From the human T2T-CHM13v2.0 reference genome, Homo sapiens: a stretch of DNA of 64,000 bases. A program made the position numbers and the translations under genes. The DNA is taken from the NCBI RefSeq assembly GCF_009914755.1, contig NC_060938.1; one strand, given 5' to 3'. Positions 42,112 to 57,471 of the stretch are shown piece by piece. Positions within the stretch are counted from its first letter, which is position 1. Every line of letters starts with the position of its first letter. The notes beneath the pieces are model-generated. The model was not told where the DNA came from, made no database searches, and worked only from the letters and a program-made list of their open reading frames with translations.

Positions 42112-43495
42112 TACTTGATTCTTTTAGCAACTTATTTTACATTTTTACTGATTTTTCCATTGCTACAAGGAATCATTAACCAGAATTTTAATTGGACTTA
42201 AAGATGGGAAAGAAAGCAGTTTTATCTTCAAAGAGTTTATGTTTCTTCTGTTATTTCTTTTTTATTGATGTTTATCTCAAAGCATTTATTTTTTTCTCAT
42301 GATTACATAATGTCTTAACACTTATTCTTCCTAGATGTACTGCTTTTTTTCCCCGCAAATTATTATGAGTGGTTCTTTAAACATAATTAAGATTATCTTT
42401 AGCCCTTTGAAGTTCTGTGATCATGTCAGAACAAACTAAGAAATTGTAATTCAAGATTTAGGTTTTGATTTTTGAAAGGTTCAACAGTCTTAAGTCAGAA
42501 TATATTTTGTATCACCACTTACAACACTATGATTTTCTTCATTAATAAATATGTATATAGTATCTAATAGTCCAGCATTTTTGTGTGAGATACATCTGGG
42601 CTTGATTCTGGCTCTGCCTCCTGCAAACTCTGCGACTTTTGCCTGTACCTACCTAATAACGTTGTTGTGAGTATTAAAGGAAATAACTCATGTAAAGCAC
42701 TTAGCACGGTGTCTGGCATACAGTAAATGCTAATAAGAGTTGTTCTTATTAGCTCCGTGTTATTATAATCTGGAATATTAGTTATGTGAATTTGGAGTAA
42801 ATATGGATGAAAATATGTTTCTCACAGTTACATATGGCAAATCCTGATGTATACTATTTAGTTCAAGTTTATAAGGTTGGAGGCTCATCTTTTCTTTAAT
42901 ACATGTGTTGTAAAGGGATTATGCTATATTAAATTAACCAATTCTTAATACTTTTATTATAGCTTGGAAGTAAATACAATACATAACATTTCTTATGAAA
43001 AAAATTGTGTTTCAGTATTGTGGTTAGCCATTTTGGAGGAAAGGTATGCTATTTTTGTTTAAAGTATAGTTATTTTAAAGCTAGAGCAGAAACCAGGGCA
43101 AAAGGTCAGATTCAGAAGGAACAACTGCAAAATCATTATTTTTTGCTTTTTGCTTGTCAATTCAAAGGCAATTCTTGGTAAGAAATGTGTTTTATATTTA
43201 TAAGTGCATTTGAATTCACACATTTCATGTTCACTGAGAGAGGGGCTCAGAAACTATATTTGTAATTATAAAGCAAAACTGTTTACTAAAACTAAGAATA
43301 TTTTCAGGATAAGAAATGGAAATACTCATTATAATTGTTTAATTTTGTCGTGAATATTTGATAATTGTGACATCTACACACACACTTTCATATATTCATT
43401 TACCAAATGTTTGCTAAGGGCCTGTCATCTCTTAGGTGCTCTGATTGGCATGGGGGATACAAAATGGAAAGAGCCCTGTCCTTGTCCTTTTCTTC

Positions 43496-43783
43496 ATTTA
43501 TTTTTAGAGACAGTATCTTGCTCTGTTGGCCAGGCTGGAGTGCAGTAGCATGATTATAGCTTACTGCAGCCTTGAACCCGTGGGCTCAAGCAATCCTCCT
43601 GGTTCAGCCTCCTGAGTAGCTGGGACTATAGGTATGTGCCACCATGCTTGACTAATTTTTTATTTTTGGCAGAGACAGGATCTCACTATGTTGCCCAGGC
43701 TGGTCTGAAACTCTTGGGCTTAAGTCGTCTTCCTCCTTTAGCCTCACAAAGTGCTGGGATTACAGGTATGCACCACTAGGCCT
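43496..43783 (-). mobile_element. Alu (J-like)
   Basis: Dimer consensus. Confidence 0.93.
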
Positions 43784-44623
43784 ACCTTTATCTTAGTTAA
43801 TGTATAGCCTAGAGACTGTTTGGGAGATTGTTGTTTCCAGTTTGCTCCAGGCTCTCTATATGGCTTGATGATTCCTTAACTATCTGCAGTCTTCTTGTCA
43901 TTTACCACAGATGCTCTTCTAAATCGTTCCCACTTTTATCAGGTCCTCTATCCAATTCCAATTTCCTTATTCCTAGCACATGGTCTTGCTTCCTATTCCA
44001 TGTGAAAAATGGACTTTTCATTGGTAACTTATCTGGAGGCTTTTCACTCACAAGTTTGGTAGCTGCCCTGAAATGACATGAAGGCTTAGTTCAGGTAGGA
44101 TTGTTGATTGCAGTGCTTTTGCATGGCTGTTCCATGTTGCATGGCCTTCCTCAGCATGGCAGCCTCAGTGTAATTGGACTTACTTGGTGGCTGAGAGCTC
44201 TAAAAGTTAGTGTCCCAGTGAATAAGGAGGAAGCTGTATGGCTTTTTGTGACCTTGCCTTGGTAGTCAGGCTGGATTAGTGGTTGAAGTAGTTATGTGCC
44301 TTCCCACATTCAAGGGGAGGAGACAGACCTCCCTTTTGATGGGAGGGGTATCAAAAGCCTTGAAACCTTAACATCATCCTTGTCTTTCATCTCTTTCATC
44401 TCACCCACTCTACTTCTATATATCAGTCACTAAGTGGGTTTTTATTTGAGAAGTATCTCTTTCTCTCCACTGTCGTGAACCTAGCTAAGAATTTTATCAT
44501 CTTTCACTTGAGAGTTTTCCATAACCTCTTAATTGGTCTGTTTAATCTCATCCACCTTGAATTAAATAATGGTTCTTCATATTGATTGTAGGGTAGTTCT
44601 TATGGCCTACAGGCCTCTGCTGA

Positions 44624-44938
<315 letters not shown>

Positions 44939-47349
44939 GCTTGGCTTAGTTCTTAAGGGTTGGATTCTGCCTAATTTTGCACTCTGTACTTGATGTTGTT
45001 GGCACTGCTCCTTTACACTGGCTGTCTTCCTTGCCTTCTTTGCCCAGCTCCTGTCATCCTTCAGGTCTTGGATTGGATGTCACTTCCTCTGTGGAGCCAC
45101 CTTAGTGGTTTCAAGTAATGTCATTTCCTCCTCTATTGGTTCATATGTTTATCTCATGCCATTAGAGTGACCATGACTTTCACAAGGTCGGGGACTGCGT
45201 CTTAAATCATCTGCCACTATTGCCTGGCCCGTTGTTATGAACTCAGTAAATGGTAAGTGATTGAAAACAGATTACACTTTGGCAGAATTCTCCAAAGTTT
45301 TGAATGCATTACTGGGTTTTCTAAAATGTCCATAATATTACCAAGGAATCATTTTGACTTGGGAGAACTATGCTTAGAGAAGGTTTTAGGTAAGGGAGTT
45401 TATATCTTGTGCTTCAACATTTTTATTTCAGTTAAAACATATACAGCAAAACCCCAAAAACTTGTTTGAAATCTTATTCTAATATGCCAGAAAATTTAGG
45501 AAAGTGGGCAAGTATTAGATTTAAAACAAGCTTTGGTAAGATTAAGGGCTCTGAGAATTGAAATCAGAACAGTTTTGTTTTCGGTTGTGGCATTTTAAAG
45601 CTTTAATTTTGGCTGTGAAATATTTCACATGACAGATTTCATTCCAGCCTGTTTCTTTCTGGTCAGGAATGTGTGATGGTTCACTTTTGGCAATTGCACT
45701 ATGTGAAAGGGCTTGGGTCAGCACCACTGTGCAGAAATGGGTCAATGAGCGTTCAGATGAAAGGGAAAACACTTTTAAAGAACCTTTATATATTGCTGAT
45801 GTAATAAGACAAAACTCATTATAAGCTTGAAACTCTCACCATGTTCTTGCTTTCTCCTTCATCTCTCAAATGCTTTGCCAAATTAACCACATCAACTAAT
45901 TTTACAGAAAATGGATTGCTGAAGAAGCTTCTTCAGAAAGTCTCTCTCTCTTGTCTTCCAAAAGGACATAAGTCTCCTTTGTACTTCTGTAAAAATCTTA
46001 AAATGGCCACTTAAAGAGAGCGGGCAGCTTGTTGTAATTCAGTGAATGATAAAGTACAACCGCCTATTTTTCAGTTGAGTTGGGAGGAAGAACTGTATCC
46101 TACTGTTGCTTTAAAAGATGATTTTATTACTGTCAGGACAAATAACAAGCTAGGATTTTCTCAGAGCAATAACTGACGAGTTAGATTACTGCCTGTGGCT
46201 CTTAAACAATGTAACATTCTTGAATTAAGGAAGGAAAGTACTCAGGTAGTCTTTGAAGGAAGTCTAGGTTCCCTGCATGGCTATAGGGTTGCTGTTTCAC
46301 TTTTTTCTGAGTAGATAAGGAAGCATAAGCCTTCTCCAAACCCTGGAAAAGCCTTTGCTCTCAAATTTGTGCTGGAATGTTATCTGGAGTGTGATGGAGC
46401 CCTTTGCCAGTCACCATGGAAACTGATGAAGGCTCTAGTTGTCCTTTGGGCTATTTGGGGTGGCTTAAATAAAGGATGACCAATGCGTCTAATCCTGTTC
46501 TCCACATACGCTTTTTCTTTAAAAATGATTAAAAATACAGCTTACTTAAGGAGGAAAAGGATATCTGTATCATGTTTCTATTAGGCTATTTAAAACATTG
46601 TGTGCAGCTGAAGGGTATCCCGGCCAAGAAACGTTAATGAAAACTATCATTCTGGATAGGCATAATTCCACTGGTTTCTGATGTTGTCTGTTAGCCCCCA
46701 AGCTGATATATGCAACAGAATAACAAATGCTAATTTTCCGTTTACCTACTTAGTGATGGAAAGGAACTTGTCATAGAAATGAAGACATGGGTAGTATTTT
46801 AGTATGTCATTGCCAAGTGAAATGCAGTTTCAGTGGTGGTGTCAGACATAAAAATTAAAAGCATCTGTGAGCAATTAAAGCATTAATTATTCTTATTTTG
46901 CAGACATCTCATAGCACATTTTCCAAAATCACCAGTCCGTAGCTAAAGCTAGGGAAAAGAAGTCTTACGGTAATCTTTAGATGTCCATATTTTGGCAGTC
47001 CCTCCTGTTCCCTTAAGTGGGGCACAGAGGAGGAAGATCTGAGCAGAAACTATTAATATCTAGGGTGTTACCTGGTGCTGATAGAAGAATGTTTCTTAAT
47101 TAGTTAATTTAAAAAATTGAGGTGAAATTCATATTGATAGAGTTTTGGTTTGTGAGCCACACTGATTGCACTGTGAAGGATTTGTTCCATTTTCAAGGTC
47201 TGACCCTGATTGAAAAGGCAAAATGGGAACTTAAGATGATTGAGGCTTGCCTCTTGGTTGTTTCAAATAACATGCTTTCCTTTAATGTCCAATAAAAGCT
47301 ATTTATATGAAATGAAAATCAAGGATATAATACTCAGTGCTTCTACAAA

Positions 47350-49060
47350 TAAGGATAATTTTATTAATTAGTTCAAGATTTTACTGAGTACTTTACATGT
47401 GCTGTGTGCTCTTTTTAGTCCTAGAGATGTAGTGGTAAAATGTGTAAGTTTCTGTTCTTAAGGAGTTTAAGTGTATTGGAAGAGACATAATAAACATATA
47501 CTTTTAGGTGGTTATAATGGTTACAAAAAATAATAAAAAAGTGTAAGGATGTAGAAAGTGATGGGAGGTCTGGGTGCTGTGGCTCATGCCTTTAATCCCA
47601 GCAACTTAGGAGGCTGAACTGGGAGAATTACTTCAGGCCTGGACTTTGAGACCAGCTTGAGCAACATAGTGAGATCCCCGTTTCTACAACAACAAGTAGC
47701 TGGGCATGGTGGCGTACAGCTGTAGTCCCAGCTACTCAGAAGGCTGAGGCAGATCACTTGAGCCCAGGAGTTCGAGGCTGCAGTGAGCTATGATCACACC
47801 ACTGTGCTACAGCCTGGGCAACAGAGTGAGACCCCCATCTCTAAAATATAAAAAATAAAATGAAAGTGATAGGAGGTGCAATTTTAGATAAGGATGTCAG
47901 GGAGGAGATCTCTGAAGACATGACATTTGAGCAGACATCTGAATGAATTGAGTAATTGGGCCACAGGAAGAGCAAAAGCCCTGAGGTAGAATCAACTTGG
48001 ATTATATGAAGTGTTTTTATAAATGGGAGGAAAGCCTCATGAACAGAATAAACAGGAAGAAGGTCCATGTGATTGGAGTGGTCTAGGGGAAAGGTAGATA
48101 GAGGCATGTCATGCAAAGCCTCATAAGCCGTGGTGGAAATTTGGATTTTTTTCTGTGTACAGTGTAGTGGGTTTTTCACCAGGGCAGTGACAGTCTAATT
48201 TACTCCTTAAAAGGATCTGGCTGTAATGTAGAGAATAGAGTATAGGAGAATAAAAATAGAACAAGACGACTAGCTAGTAGCTAATGCCAGTGTGTAAGCT
48301 AAAGTTGATAGCTTGGACTATGGTGGTAGAGGTAGTGATAAGTACATCTGTTCCAAAGATATTTTGAAGATAGAGCCAGGAGGACTTGCTGATGAATTGG
48401 ATGTGGATGGTGAAGGAAAGAGATGGTTCTTTTTTTTTTTTTTTTTTTGGTATGGTAAAATATGCATAATATAAAACTGACCATTTTAATGATTTTAAAG
48501 TGTGCAATTCAGTGGCCTTAAGTACATTAACGTTGTGTAACCATCCTCACTATTCATCCCCAGAACTTTCTTATCATTCCAAACTGAAACTCTATTCATT
48601 AAATAATAATTCCCCGTTTTCTCCTGTTCCTAGCCCCTAGTAACCACTAATCTACTTTCTGTCTCATGAATTTGACTGTTCCAACTCGTATAAGTGGAGT
48701 CATATAATATTTGTCCTTTTATGTCTGGCTTATTTCACTTAGCAAATTGTTATCAAGGTTCATCCATGTTGTAGCATATATTCAAATTTCACTTCTTTTT
48801 AGGTTCTTTGGTTTTGCTTTTAGCAACTATGTGAATAGTATTGAAATTTCCTGGGATGGAGAAGACTCTTGAAGGAGAGGTTAGGGGTTAAAAATCAGTT
48901 CTCCTTTACACATGTTAAATGTAAAACGCGTGATAGACACCCAGGTGGATATGTTGAGTAAGTCTGGGGCTTGGAGGAGAGGTTGGGGCTGGAGATTTAA
49001 ATTTGGATGTCAGCATAGTATAGGTGGTTTTTAAAGTTATGAAACTGGGTAAGTTTACCT
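47350..49060 (-). mobile_element. L2 relic interrupted by a + strand Alu (47567-47860) and an antisense L1M 3' end (about 48430-48800)
   Basis: Antisense L2 motifs (GACATTTGAGCAGA, GGACTTGCTGATGAATTGGATGTGG, GGGCTGGAGATTTAAATTTGG). Confidence 0.75.
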
Positions 49061-51379
49061 CAGAAGTAAGAGTAGACTTGAGAAAGTGGCCTTTTAACTA
49101 GTACAATTTAAAGTTATGATAAAGGAATACATATATTCTAAGATGTACACAAATTGCTAAATTTATAAAATTTTAAAAGTTGGCATTGATTTTTAATGTT
49201 TTAATTGATATAGCACATTAGTTTTAAGCAGTTATTTGCTTGTTATTTTGTTAGTCAATTCGTTTACTTTCATTGGCTTGAAATAGTGGTAAGCCTTGTT
49301 TTTTAGTAGTTCTCTAAGAAATTAAAAAAATAAATTAGTGTCAAGGTGAATTGGGTACTGGCTAGAATGGCTGTTTTCAAAAGTCACACATATAAATTTT
49401 ATCATAGTAGGGACAATTTGAAAATTAGTAGATGCCATAGATAATAGGATTAATTATGTAAAAATTAATTTATATGTAAATATAAAATTAATAGATAATA
49501 GGATAAAGGGGGCTTGTTTATGAATGGAGTATTCTAGTGAGCAAACACCAGCTGTGTGTGACTAAGGGTGGCACCTATCCAGGGGAAGGATGTTTTCAGG
49601 AAAATTTGTGTACTTTTTTTTTTTTTTTTTTAACAGCAGAGAGGCTTTTTAGTTAGACTACTGGTCTCTTTTCTTTTCCAAAGGATTAAGTTTCAAAAGA
49701 AGGATCAGACCACTCTTGTGGGGTGAAATGGGGGTGGAGGAAATATTTGGAACAAGAGGAATGTTTGCAGCAACACTGGAGTAGAACTTTCCCTAGACGC
49801 TGTGGTTCATAGGCATCTGACCAAGTCTTTCAGAGGCAAATCTTAGTATTACTTATTTTTTTTTCCATTTAATGAGAGTTGCTTAGCTTGATTAGCTCCC
49901 AGTTTTGTCTTTACAATGGTCATACCACAGAGCTTGTGAATATCAATTCTTTTACATTTCCTTATTATAAACGATACATGTTTTGAGCATCATGTCTTTA
50001 CAAAAGTAGCCTGATAGTAGAAATTGTTTTGTAATAGAGAAAAAAGGATTTGGTTTTATGTTACTAAAGATGTTACAATTAATCAAAAGAAAAAGGAAAA
50101 TTTGAAGATTTAGGGAGTCTACCAAATGTCATTTTTAAAGGAGGAAATTAAAGTCAGGAAAGAACAGACTTGCTTGGAAACATGTCCTATAAATGGAACT
50201 TGAGTAGCTAACATCTGCCTCTGACAAAATTCCCTGCAAGGCTGCTATTTTTCCTTGTAGTCCTTGAGTTAGGGCACTGACATTTTCATATTTGCCGTGG
50301 AAATGATTGTGATAATATAAATGATGTTTTATTTTTATACATGATTAGATAGGGAAGATGGAAGCCAGCTGTTTAAATGCATGTCTTATGAAACGCTGCA
50401 GGAAATATAACATAGGCAGTAGTAAATCAAAGGTGGCAGAGAGGGTATTGCTGAGGCTCATGTAGCAGGGATGGGGCAGAAAACCTCTCTTGTTTCTCTT
50501 GGTGACTGCTGGTTTTAGCTCTTGCAGAGTTGGGTAGGTTAGCCCATTACATCACACAGCATGTGGTTTTATGATTTAGAGGACCCAAGGCATTTCTGTA
50601 AAGCACGTTTATTAACTACCTGCTATATATTAGACACTGTGGTGGGAATTTTGGATAAAATGGTAAATAAGATAGTTTGAATTATTTATTTACATCTGTG
50701 ATAAGTGCCACAAAGAAGTCCTGTCCTCAGGAAAGCAGATAACAGGATACTGATCCTAATCTGAGGATTGAGAGAAGACTTCCCCCAGTGAGTAATACTA
50801 ATTAGATCTGCTTTCCTACAACCATTATTACTCCCTATCTCTAAGGGCAATAGGAACAATTTTAAGCATGGTATAAAACCGGTCAGATTTTCTTAAAAAT
50901 TACTTTGCTGTTGTATGGAGAATGGAGGGGATGTTAGAGTGGATACTGGAGATCAGGTTAGGCTATTACAGTAACCTCAGCAGGAAAGAGCATGGTGATA
51001 TCTTGGACTGGAGTGTTGACATTGGAAATGGAGAAGGAGGTAGAATTGGTAGGTCTCGGTTATAGATTGGATATGGGAGTGGAGAGGAAGGGCTCAAGGA
51101 TGACCGCTATTGCAGGTTCTTGACTGTACAACTGAGTTGATGTTAGATATATTTTCCCAATGCATTTGAAAATAATATGCATATTTTCAAGTTTGGTACA
51201 CAAAATTGCCCTTGCTTATGAAAATTCACAAATGTGTTGTGTTTTTCCAGTCGTCCTTTGGTCAAGATGCAAAACCACAGTACTTTTCAGCCTTTACCGT
51301 TTTACCTACTATTAAGTAACCTATGTATTTGATTAAGGCTTGCTAATTGTCATAATTGACTGAAGTTCCAGCAGTTTTC

Positions 51380-51652
51380 TTTTTTTTTTTCCTGACAGGG
51401 TCTTGCTTTGTTGCCTAGGCTGAAGGCACCCAACTTCTGCCTCCCGGGCTCAAGCAATTCTCCTACCTCAGTCACCCAAGGAGCTGGGACTACAGGCATG
51501 TGCCACCACTCCCGGCTGATTTTTTAATTTTTTGTAGAGATGGGTTCTTATTATATTGCCAAGGCTGGTCTTTAACTCTTGGGCTCAAGTGATCCTCCCA
51601 CCTTGGCCTCCCAAAGTGCTGGGATTATAGGCATGAGCCATTGCACCTGACC
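51380..51652 (-). mobile_element. Alu (J-like)
   Basis: Dimer with an internal deletion. Confidence 0.9.
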
Positions 51653-51659
51653 CCCAGCA

Positions 51660-53010
51660 GTTTTTTAAAAACAGTTTTAGAGATGTAGTTCACATATTGT
51701 GCAGTTCTTCCATTTGAAGTGTACAATTCAGTGGCTTTTAGTATATTTACAGAGTTTTACATCCACCACCACCAATTTGAGAACATTTTCATTACTCCCA
51801 AAAGAAACCCCATACCCCTGAACTGTCACTCCTTAATTCCCCCATATACCCAAGCCCTAGGCAACTACTAATCTACTTTCTGTCTCTATAGATTTGCCTA
51901 TTTGGGATATTTCATATAAATGGAATTGTCTTAGGTTGGGCTACTGTAACAAACTACTGTAGACTGTGTGGCTTAAACAACAACTTGTTTCTCACAGTTC
52001 TGGAGGCTGGGAAGTCCAGGATCAAGATACTGGCAGATCCAATGTCTGGTTGAGGGCCTGCTTCCTAGTTTGCAGATTACCTTCTCATTTTATTGGATTA
52101 TCACAAAGTGGAAAGAGAGTGAGAGAGCTCTTTGGGGTCTCTTTTATAATGACTCTAATCCCATTCATGAGGCCTCCACCCTCATGGCCTGATTATCTCC
52201 CAAAGGCCCCACCTCCCAGTGCTTTCACATTAGAGGTTAGGATTTCAACATACGAATTTTAGGGGACACAGATATTCAGTCCACAACAGGAGTCATACAA
52301 TATGTGCTTTTTCTGACTGGTTTCTTTCACTCAGCATGTTTTCAAGGTTCATCCATGTTGTAGTGCAGGGGTGTCCAATCTTTTGGCTTTCCTGGGCCAC
52401 ATTGGAAGAAGAATTGTCTTGGGCCACATATAAAATACACTAACACTAGCGATAGTTGATGAACTTAAAAAAAATCACAAAAAAATCTTATAATGCTTTA
52501 AGAAAGTTTACGAGTTTGTGTTGGGCCACATTCAAAGCTGTTTTGGGCCACGTGCAGCTCTGAAGTTGCGGGATGGACAAACTTGTTATAGTGTATTTGG
52601 TACTTCATTTCTTTTTATTGCTGAATAATATTCCATTGTATGGATGGATCATATTCTGTTTATCGATTTCATCAGTCGATGGACATTGGAGTTGTTTCTA
52701 CTTTTTGGCTATCATGACTCATGCTGCTATGAACATTTGTGTGCAAATTTTCGTGTGTACGTATGTTTCAGTTCTCTTAGATATATACCTAGCAATGGAA
52801 TTGGTGATCATACGGTAACTCTCTGTCTAACTGTTTGAGGAACTGCCAGGCTGCTATCCATATTTCTGTTCTATTTCACATTCCCACTTGCAGTGTGTGA
52901 GGATTTGATTTTCTCTATATCCTCACCAATACTTATTTTCTGTCTTTTTGATTATAGTCATTCTCATGGTTATGAAGGGTTATCTTGTGGTTTGATTTGC
53001 ATTTCCTGAC
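51660..53010 (-). mobile_element. L1MB-type 3' end with nested MLT1 LTR (about 51927-52288) and MER30 (about 52346-52585)
   Basis: L1 3' UTR motifs resume after each insert; MER30 terminus CAGGGGTGTCCAATCTTTTGGC. Confidence 0.85.
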
Positions 53011-54269
53011 TGTGTTTCTGTTGGACTAAAATGTTAATGACATTGAAGCTGGGAAGTTTACTGGCTGACATAGAATTTAAGAAGTCATTTTAATTCTTAG
53101 AGAGTACAGATGTACAGATGAATTGGCATATACAAGTAAGTATTTTCAGCATTTTGTAATGCTTAACATTATCTTTATGATTCTCATTTAGCAACTAACA
53201 ATTAAAACATGTTTTGTATCTTAAGTTGTACAAGGTTTGAAGTACTTGAAAAATAATTTTCCTTAAACCCCCAAACACTTTTGTTGCAGGTTTTTTCCCC
53301 TTTAAACAGCAATGGTCATTCCTTTGGCCCCTAAACAACACAATTGAGAATATCTAAGTGATTATGGACAAATTCAGTTGAACCAATCCAAGAACCATCT
53401 GTGCTAGACACTATGTTTATCCATGGTGCTACCCTCACAAAGCCTCCAGCCTTGTGAGGAAGACCGATATATTAATACATATTTATTTACATAGAAGGAA
53501 GAATGTGGCAAGTGCAGCAGTTTGTGGGTATAAATAGTATATTAATACGAGAACAGAGAGAAATTAATTCCAGTCGTTCAAAGGTAATAATTTGAAGGTG
53601 AGGTGTGGTTTTGGCAGGTAGAAAAATAGCAGAAGATAATTCTAGGTTGAAGGAACTATGTAAGCAAAGTCATAGCAAGAAATGACAAGATATTTGGAAT
53701 GAGAACTACAGAAAGTAGCTCAACTAGAAAGTAGTGCGGTGGAGTGGCATTTCTGCATTTCTGTTTGCTTAATTCTTATGGTCACAAGATGGCTGCCCCA
53801 CTGAATTGTAAAGAGGAAGAAAAAGAATGTGTTCCCTTGTTTTTTATTTACAAGGGAAGAAAACTCTCACTAGACATTTTCTAGATTCACTGATCAGGAT
53901 TGGATCTCATGAACATCTTTTAGCTGCAAGGAAGACTGGGAATGTGGAGAATCTGACACTTTCTACCTTTCCAGTGGGAGGTGAGTTCTGCCTTTGAAAA
54001 GGAGGGGTGGGTTAGGAGTTACTGTTGGGTAGTAATATCCTCTAGTTGTAAAAAAGCAAAGGAAGGGATAGGTTGAATCCAGGTTTGGGTAATGAATGAA
54101 AAAATGGTGATGCCATTTTCCAAAATGAATTTTGCAATCTAAAATTGAATTGGGTCCTTACTCTATTAATGTCACTTACTTGAATCTAACTCTCAGTGTT
54201 TGGGACTCTATAACCTCACTTTCTAATCATGAAACCTAACGGAAAACAGAGGAGGCAGCTGGAAGTAGT

Positions 54270-54710
54270 ACAGTGGTTTTTAAATGCTACTCTTAGGACT
54301 GGTGCTAACTTCCTGCATAAAAATCACCTAGGAGCTTGTTAAATAAATCAAAATCTCTGGGAATTGGTATTTTTAGGTCTGGGATTTGACCATTAGTTTT
54401 GTTAACAAGTTGCCCGGGTGGTTCTGATACACGTCTAGGGTTGGGTACTTTTGGTAGAAAAAGTATGGGCTATGGATTCTGGCAAATCTGAATTTGATTC
54501 CAACTCTTCACTTATTAACTGTGTAAACTTAGGCCAGGCATTTGATCTGTCAGAGCTCAGGTACCTCATTTGCTAAATGTGTAGGAATAATAATAATGAT
54601 AATGCTTACTTTACACAGCTTTTGTGAAATGTAGATATATCTTATGTGTAATGCCACTAGTATAACGCCTGGCACGTAGTGAGCATTCATTAACTCTGGC
54701 TATTATTATG
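54270..54710. mobile_element. MER5-like relic followed by MIR
   Basis: CAGTGGTTTTTAAA.. terminus; MIR core (ACTGTGTAAACTTAGGC, CCTGGCACGTAGT). Confidence 0.6.
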
Positions 54711-55314
54711 TGTTAGCTTACAGTAAGTATATGCATTTGATTTAGCATAGAAACACAAATTTCTGTACAACTACAACAAAAAGAAAAGAAGCAGAATATA
54801 ATAAATTGCTTCTATTGTTGCTTACTATCTGTTATTTTCTAGGCTATAACATATGAGTCTTAATTTTCTTAACTGCATTTTTGGCTATGTCTGTACTCTA
54901 TTATCTATATAACTTAAAAATTGGCTAATATACCAAAAACTCTAATTTTTGTGAAATATGCTACTTAATATTTACTAGAGGCTATTTTTCACAGTGATCT
55001 CATGTAAAACCTTAAACTATACATGGTTCCTGCTCTTAAACAAAAAACAGACAATATAAATTCAGATAAAAATAATAAGTGCACATTAAGGATCATTTTG
55101 TTATTCTTAAAGATTTTATAGTTGCCTGGGTTAATAATTAGAATGTTATTTTTGATGGTTGTTTTGTATGATAAATAAATACCCACTGAGAGTGAATGCT
55201 TATTTTTCCTGCTTCCGTGCATAAAGAGGTCTTGGTGTACAGAAAGGAGAAAGATGCTAACATTGAGTACATACTTTCTGCTAGGAAATTAACTTAATTT
55301 GTTGTATTGGCAAG

Positions 55315-55575
55315 AGGCAGCATGTTGTAGTGTTACCTGCAGACTCTGAAGCCCTGTTGCCTGGGTTCTTATCCCATTTTCTGCACTTGAACTGCCTGAC
55401 CTTGGGCAAGTTACTAACCTTTGTGTGCCTTGGTTTCTTCATTGGGGGTTATTGTATACCTACTTTATAGGGTTGTCATGAGGATTAAATAAGTTAAAAT
55501 ATATAATGTGTTTAGGAAGTACCTGGCACATAGATAGAAGTATATGTACTGTGTGCATGCACTACTGTTAGCTAT
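55315..55575 (+). mobile_element. MIR
   Basis: GACCTTGGGCAAGTTACTAACCT core and ATAGGGTTGTCATGAGGATTAAAT. Confidence 0.75.
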
Positions 55576-55836
55576 TCTTTAAGTTTCACAAATTTGCAGT
55601 GCTCTATAATCTTCACAAAAATCCTATAAATTAGATCTCTCTCTCTTTTTTTTTGGTCTTAAAATGTCTTTATTGTATTTTAAAAAGTAGATCTTCTTAA
55701 TCTTTACAGGTAAGAAAATTGAGGTTTGATGAGGTTAATAACTTATCCATAATCACCCATCTATTAAGTGATACAAATACTAGTTTGCTTTTTCCTGCAT
55801 CCTACTATGCCTTTAATATGTTAATTTTTTTTTTAA

Positions 55837-56158
<322 letters not shown>

Positions 56159-57374
56159 TAGTAATTACCCATGTGATTCATATGGTACTAAGCAACATTT
56201 TCATTTATCAAAAAATTGTTACTACTTGGCAGTGGAATTAATAGATTAACTCTTTTTGAACTTTGAGTGAGATGTTAATATTTTTAAAAAGATCTGTTAT
56301 TGACCCTTAATTTAAAATATTGCATCAAGGTGTAACAGATTAAAAAAAGTCATATTGTAATAACAATTTAAATGAAATTAATTCCATATATATTATTTAC
56401 CTGGGCTTAGATGCTAACATTTTTATAGCATCATTTTCTAGGTAATAATAATTATGGTGCCTTGATAATTTTTCTTAGTTTTTGAACTTTATTTTTAATT
56501 TGATAGAGTTGTATAATAATGTCTATATGTGAATACAGTACAATTGTTTATTTCACTCATGATTTAGATGACATCTGTGATTGAGTAAGTTATCTAAATC
56601 CTCAAGTTTCATACATTTTATAGAAAATATAAGCAATTATGCTAATGGAAAACCTGTAATATATATTAACAGTATTAATTGATTTGAAACCTATGTGTCT
56701 ACCTCTATGGTGTCTTTTATAAGAATAATTCAGTGTACAGAATAAGAAACTTAACATCACATATTAAAATGAAAGATGAAGTGTTTTTTTAAAAAATTAA
56801 ATGTATAATAGAGGGGTGAAAGTGTATTAGATTAGCTCCTAAAGCCAATCTTCTATTAGGTATTTTTCCTTACCTGTTTTGCTCTTCCTCCTCCTCCACA
56901 AGCACACACACACCACATTCACCCTGATCTTCAGATAGGTAAAAATCACCAAACTGCTTCCCCGTCCAACCCCTGCCATATTTTCTGCATGGTTTTAGGC
57001 ACATAGCATTAGGTACAACATGCTTTGAAATTTCCCATTAGAAGCAGTAGCAATATTGTTAGCAATAGCTCTAAGGAAGCTGTTGGCTGGATGTTTCCTC
57101 CTCAGTACTCTTTGGTCTACCTTTTAAAAATTTCTTTCAGTAAAGTGCAGCTTGCTGTCAGTAATTAATTCTCCTTACTTTGTTCAAGGAAGTTGCTGAA
57201 TTTGCTTATGAGTTAGAATGACAAGCCTTATCCTCATTTTACATATAGTATATTCTACCTTAGTTTCCCTTTATGTGTAACATACAGGTGGCAAAACTAC
57301 TCCACATCCTTTGAATTTCATTATCTGATTCTGTCTAATAAGAATTTATCCAAATCTTTCTCACAGAGCAATCC

Positions 57375-57471
57375 TTTTTTTTGAGTCAGAGTCTCACTCA
57401 CTCTGTTGCCCAGGAAGAAGTGCAGTGGTGTGATCTCAGCTCACTGCAACCTCTGCCTCCCAGGTTCAGGC
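57375..57471 (-). mobile_element. Severely 5'-truncated Alu
   Basis: About 90 bp of the right arm, flanked by CAATCCTTTTT repeats. Confidence 0.85.
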
